A DNA stretch of 33,308 nt, taken from the NCBI GenBank assembly GCA_025058915.1, contig JANXEC010000002.1, positions 1-33,308 of the forward strand. Direction: 5' to 3'. Below are positions 30,222-33,308 of this stretch, in pieces. Each line of letters begins with the position of its first letter. Position 1 is the stretch's first letter. Made by a program: the position numbers and the translations under genes. The notes under the pieces are model-generated. The model was not told the DNA's origin. It worked only from the letters and a program-made list of their open reading frames with translations, and searched no databases. Origin of the DNA: Candidatus Micrarchaeota archaeon (lineage in GTDB: Archaea > Micrarchaeota > Micrarchaeia > Anstonellales > J096).

Positions 30222-30785
30222 ATGGACAGCACCCAACAGATCCAGAATTACTATGATCAAATCTTAGATAGTAGAAAACCTAGAGAGCTTCATAGAGCTG
30301 CTATTCAGATGTTTACCACATTTCCAGATCTCGTAAATCGTGAAAATACTAGAGACTTGGTGATAAATAAATACAAATCCTTAAAAGTTCCGTATGAGCG
30401 CAGAAGAGAACTATTAGTAAGAATTCTTTCATCTGACACTGAACTACACAAACTCAATACTCTGATAGAGTGGAAAAGAAAGTTATTCGATGAACCATAT
30501 CAACTCGACCTCTTAACAGTTATCGATGATGTTACGGAGATTTACTCTAAGTCTAAGACTATCCCTGCTCTTCAATATCTAATACTTTTCAGTACTAATT
30601 TCAATGATAATCTTAAATCTATAAAACTCAGAGAGGCACTTGGATTTTTGAAAAACCTTGAGCAGGCAAATAATCTCAAGAACCTCTCAAAATCTATAGC
30701 TAAATTACTAGGCATCAATGATCCAAATGAACTTTGTATCAATGACATTATGAATTCATTCAAATTAGACACAAAAAAATTCTAG
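30222..30785 (+). CDS. Hypothetical helical protein
   Basis: 187-aa ORF starting 6 nt after the epimerase stop. No recognisable motif. Confidence 0.6.
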   Translation: MDSTQQIQNYYDQILDSRKPRELHRAAIQMFTTFPDLVNRENTRDLVINKYKSLKVPYERRRELLVRILSSDTELHKLNTLIEWKRKLFDEPYQLDLLTVIDDVTEIYSKSKTIPALQYLILFSTNFNDNLKSIKLREALGFLKNLEQANNLKNLSKSIAKLLGINDPNELCINDIMNSFKLDTKKF

Positions 30786-31339
30786 ACGACTCTCTCACCG
30801 AACACGAGATAGGCTGTATGATAGAGTTGTTTGTGTTTAGGTCTTAATACATTACTATCAACCTCCCATTCCTCCAGAACACTTCTCAGAAGATATGCTC
30901 TAAATCTGAGAGATTTTAAGAGTTCATAGGATTCCTTTGCCTGATTGATATTAGGTAAATACAGAACAACCCATTTCATAACTCTATCCACAACGTTTGG
31001 TAGTATCTCATGGAAGTCTGGCGAGTCTATGAGATACAGATAAGCATTCTGTTTGGCATTTTTACCATCATCATTTATCAATTCTACATTATGGAATTCC
31101 CTTAGGTTCTCTCTAAGTATTGTGAAAACATCCTCTCTTCTTTCGAATACATATACTCTCTTTGCTACCCTTGCTAGGTAGAATGTTGCAAATCCACTCC
31201 CTCCTCCTATCTCCACTACCTCATCATCTTTTGACAGTGCTGTTATTGATATTATTATTCCAATATCTTTAGGTAAAATCACTGCAGTTTTCCTCCTGAA
31301 TTTAGATAGTCTGTCATCTATGAAGAACTTCTTTACCAT
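30782..31339 (-). CDS. trmI: SAM-dependent methyltransferase, tRNA m1A57/58 (TrmI/Gcd14)-like, N-terminally shortened
   Basis: ILPKDIGII, VVEIGGGSG, FERRED, IDSPD, YLPNINQ and LRPKH...HTAYLVF. Confidence 0.75.
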   Translation of the reverse strand: MVKKFFIDDRLSKFRRKTAVILPKDIGIIISITALSKDDEVVEIGGGSGFATFYLARVAKRVYVFERREDVFTILRENLREFHNVELINDDGKNAKQNAYLYLIDSPDFHEILPNVVDRVMKWVVLYLPNINQAKESYELLKSLRFRAYLLRSVLEEWEVDSNVLRPKHKQLYHTAYLVFGERVV

Positions 31340-31450
31340 GTTATTTTATGATGCTGAATGCTTTATATTCTATACAGTTTTACAGAAAAGTGAATTTGGG
31401 TTTTTATTTTAGTGTAATGGATCTTTTTGGGTGTTTGGAAAACTGGCTTG

Positions 31451-31500
31451 AAATAGAAATATTTAAAAAGGTTTTGGTTTTCTTTATAATCAACGGTGAT
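31451..31500 (+). promoter_or_regulatory. Putative S-layer gene promoter (purine-rich BRE plus TATA) and SD
   Basis: AAATAGAAAT followed by TTTAAAAA (31462-31469), and GGTGAT just upstream of ATG 31507. Confidence 0.6.
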
Positions 31501-31506
31501 CGAAAA

Positions 31507-33308
31507 ATGAAAAAGATGTCTGCAAAGAAGATAGGAGCTGTGTTAGGAGCAGCTCTAGTGGCTAGCTCTGCATTTGGAGCAGTATCTTTTGAGAACACAG
31601 AGCTAGTCTCAAATAATGGTCAGGTAGTAGCAAAGGTAGTAGTAGGATCCAAAGCACAACCATCTGATGGAGTGGCTGCAGCAAAGATAGCATCTTACCT
31701 AGCAAGCAGAGCATTCTCCAAGAGACAGGTATCTGCAGAGTTAGAGGGTCAGGCAGTATGTAGAATCACAAATGGAACAAGCGATGCAAGATGTGAAGTT
31801 GTTAACAAGAGTGTAGATCTAACCATAATAATGCCTGGTCTGAGGAGTAGGCAGGTTGTTCAGCTAAACCCTCTGATAGGAGAGACACTAGATACAGAGC
31901 TAGGAGACAGAGATGCACCAGGATCTAGTGATTCATTGAATGTCCTAACAAAGTTATGGGATGACTTTGCACACCCAGATCAGAATCAGGTAGGATCATC
32001 AGGTCTATTTGGAATAAGTAGTTCATCACCATATGATGCATTTGTAATAGACTATAGAAACTTTGATGGATTCAAAATACACACTGTTGCAGGTAGAGGA
32101 ATACAGAACGTTCAGGAGAAGGAGAGAGTGTATGTTAAAGGAGAAACCTACTATGATGATGGGCAGGTAAAGTTTAGGCTCAGAGATCTAATATACTCTG
32201 CAGTGTTTGGACCTGACAACAGTGGATTACCTCTATGTCCTGGAGATGTACAGAAAGATTATAATAGCTGTGAACCTAGCAAGAGAATAGAGGCATCTAG
32301 AGCACAGATCAAGTTCATGGGACAGAATTGGTATATAACAAAAGTAGACATACCTGTACAGAGTTCAGGAGCTCCTACTCAATCTCAACAAATATACACT
32401 GTATCTGGTGCAGAGATACATTTAGCAAAGGAGTCAACATATGGAATTATAAATGTAGGAGAATCGTTGTCAACAGAGGATGGACAGTTGAGAGTGGTAT
32501 TAGATGATATAAACAAGAACGATATCCAGAACAACCCTGCAATTATATCTGTAGTCGATAGGAACAACAATACATTAGTGCAGGATCAGATAAGACCTGG
32601 AGAGACAAAGACTCTACAGCTAGGAGGTGGTAGAACGATTAAGGTTCACGTGTATCAGACTGCACCTGGTACTGTGCTATTAGCAAAATGGGCAGAGTTG
32701 GCAATTCTCAAAGATTCAATAGTGTTGAGACACGGAGATGAGTTCTTGGATGACCAGAACACAGTGTATAGTGTCGGTATAGGATTCACTCACAGAAGAG
32801 CATCCTCATCTCTATCTCCATTCACAGCAACTCATCTAAAAGAGATAGTAGTATATGCAACAGGTCTAAATGAAGCAATGAAGAAAGGTGATAAATATCA
32901 TCTAACAGACGTCCAGGGATACAAAGTGTTTGAACTAACATACGATGGACTAACAAATCCTTCTATGAACAACATAAATCTTAGATACTCTACAAGTAGT
33001 ATTACTGGAACATTAGCAGACGGCAATCTATATTCATTTGATGTAACTGAATATGTAGAAGTCCAACTAGGTCAACCAGTAAGAGTAACAGCAAGAGCAG
33101 GAGGGGGAAATAATAATCCTGATACAACTTTCGAGACCAAGACATTATACTTTGTCACAGCTAACCTCCCTAGTTCTACAGTAAAGGTAGGTGATCTTCT
33201 GGTAAGAGATAGTGGAAGATGGTATTATGTAGATAATCCTGGAACTATTACATTGGATTATAGACCTGCAGGTAATATATATGGAAAATTGTTATTCAAT
33301 ACTAGTTT
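31507..33308 (+). CDS. S-layer protein (partial, runs off right edge)
   Basis: Not in the ORF track. Signal peptide MKKMSAKKIGAVLGAALVASSAFGA, then KVVVGSKATPSDGVAAAKIASYL, which matches the archaeal S-layer N-terminal VVVG..A...D...A..IA motif. N-x-S/T sequons NGT and NKS. Confidence 0.85.
   Translation, partial: MKKMSAKKIGAVLGAALVASSAFGAVSFENTELVSNNGQVVAKVVVGSKAQPSDGVAAAKIASYLASRAFSKRQVSAELEGQAVCRITNGTSDARCEVVNKSVDLTIIMPGLRSRQVVQLNPLIGETLDTELGDRDAPGSSDSLNVLTKLWDDFAHPDQNQVGSSGLFGISSSSPYDAFVIDYRNFDGFKIHTVAGRGIQNVQEKERVYVKGETYYDDGQVKFRLRDLIYSAVFGPDNSGLPLCPGDVQKDYNSCEPSKRIEASRAQIKFMGQNWYITKVDIPVQSSGAPTQSQQIYTVSGAEIHLAKESTYGIINVGESLSTEDGQLRVVLDDINKNDIQNNPAIISVVDRNNNTLVQDQIRPGETKTLQLGGGRTIKVHVYQTAPGTVLLAKWAELAILKDSIVLRHGDEFLDDQNTVYSVGIGFTHRRASSSLSPFTATHLKEIVVYATGLNEAMKKGDKYHLTDVQGYKVFELTYDGLTNPSMNNINLRYSTSSITGTLADGNLYSFDVTEYVEVQLGQPVRVTARAGGGNNNPDTTFETKTLYFVTANLPSSTVKVGDLLVRDSGRWYYVDNPGTITLDYRPAGNIYGKLLFNTS

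Noticed and set aside
31340..31506. ncRNA or tRNA in the longest intergenic gap
   Set aside because: AT-rich with no GC-rich stem or cloverleaf. It is explained by divergent promoters for trmI and the S-layer gene.

Overview
This is a gene-dense, AT-rich archaeal chromosome segment. Archaeal markers are Rpo6/RpoK, rps19e, a PDCD5-like protein, archaeal TyrRS and GluRS, PDO, TATA boxes and an S-layer gene. The compact layout and S-layer type suggest a DPANN archaeon, probably Micrarchaeota-like and possibly thermophilic; this is an inference. Most genes are housekeeping: three aminoacyl-tRNA synthetases, RtcB, a TrmI-like methylase, EndoQ, dUTPase, AK6/Fap7, thiolase, beta-carbonic anhydrase and malic enzyme. 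The stand-out feature is a 7.4 kb operon (19184-26623) of six tandem, highly diverged paralogous multi-pass membrane proteins. They share three motifs, resemble CedA/VirB6-type channel subunits, and sit among translation genes with no ATPase, pilin or mobility gene beside them. Also notable are a Rad50/SMC-like ATPase with a hydrophobic hairpin where the zinc hook should be, a lipoprotein of ten 4-Cys repeats, and a small Lys/Pro-then-Glu/Asp/Trp peptide. Three genes missing from the ORF track were added: an edge GT-C-like gene, rpoK and the S-layer gene. No tRNA, rRNA, CRISPR array or mobile element was seen. All family calls come from motif recognition by eye, not database searches.
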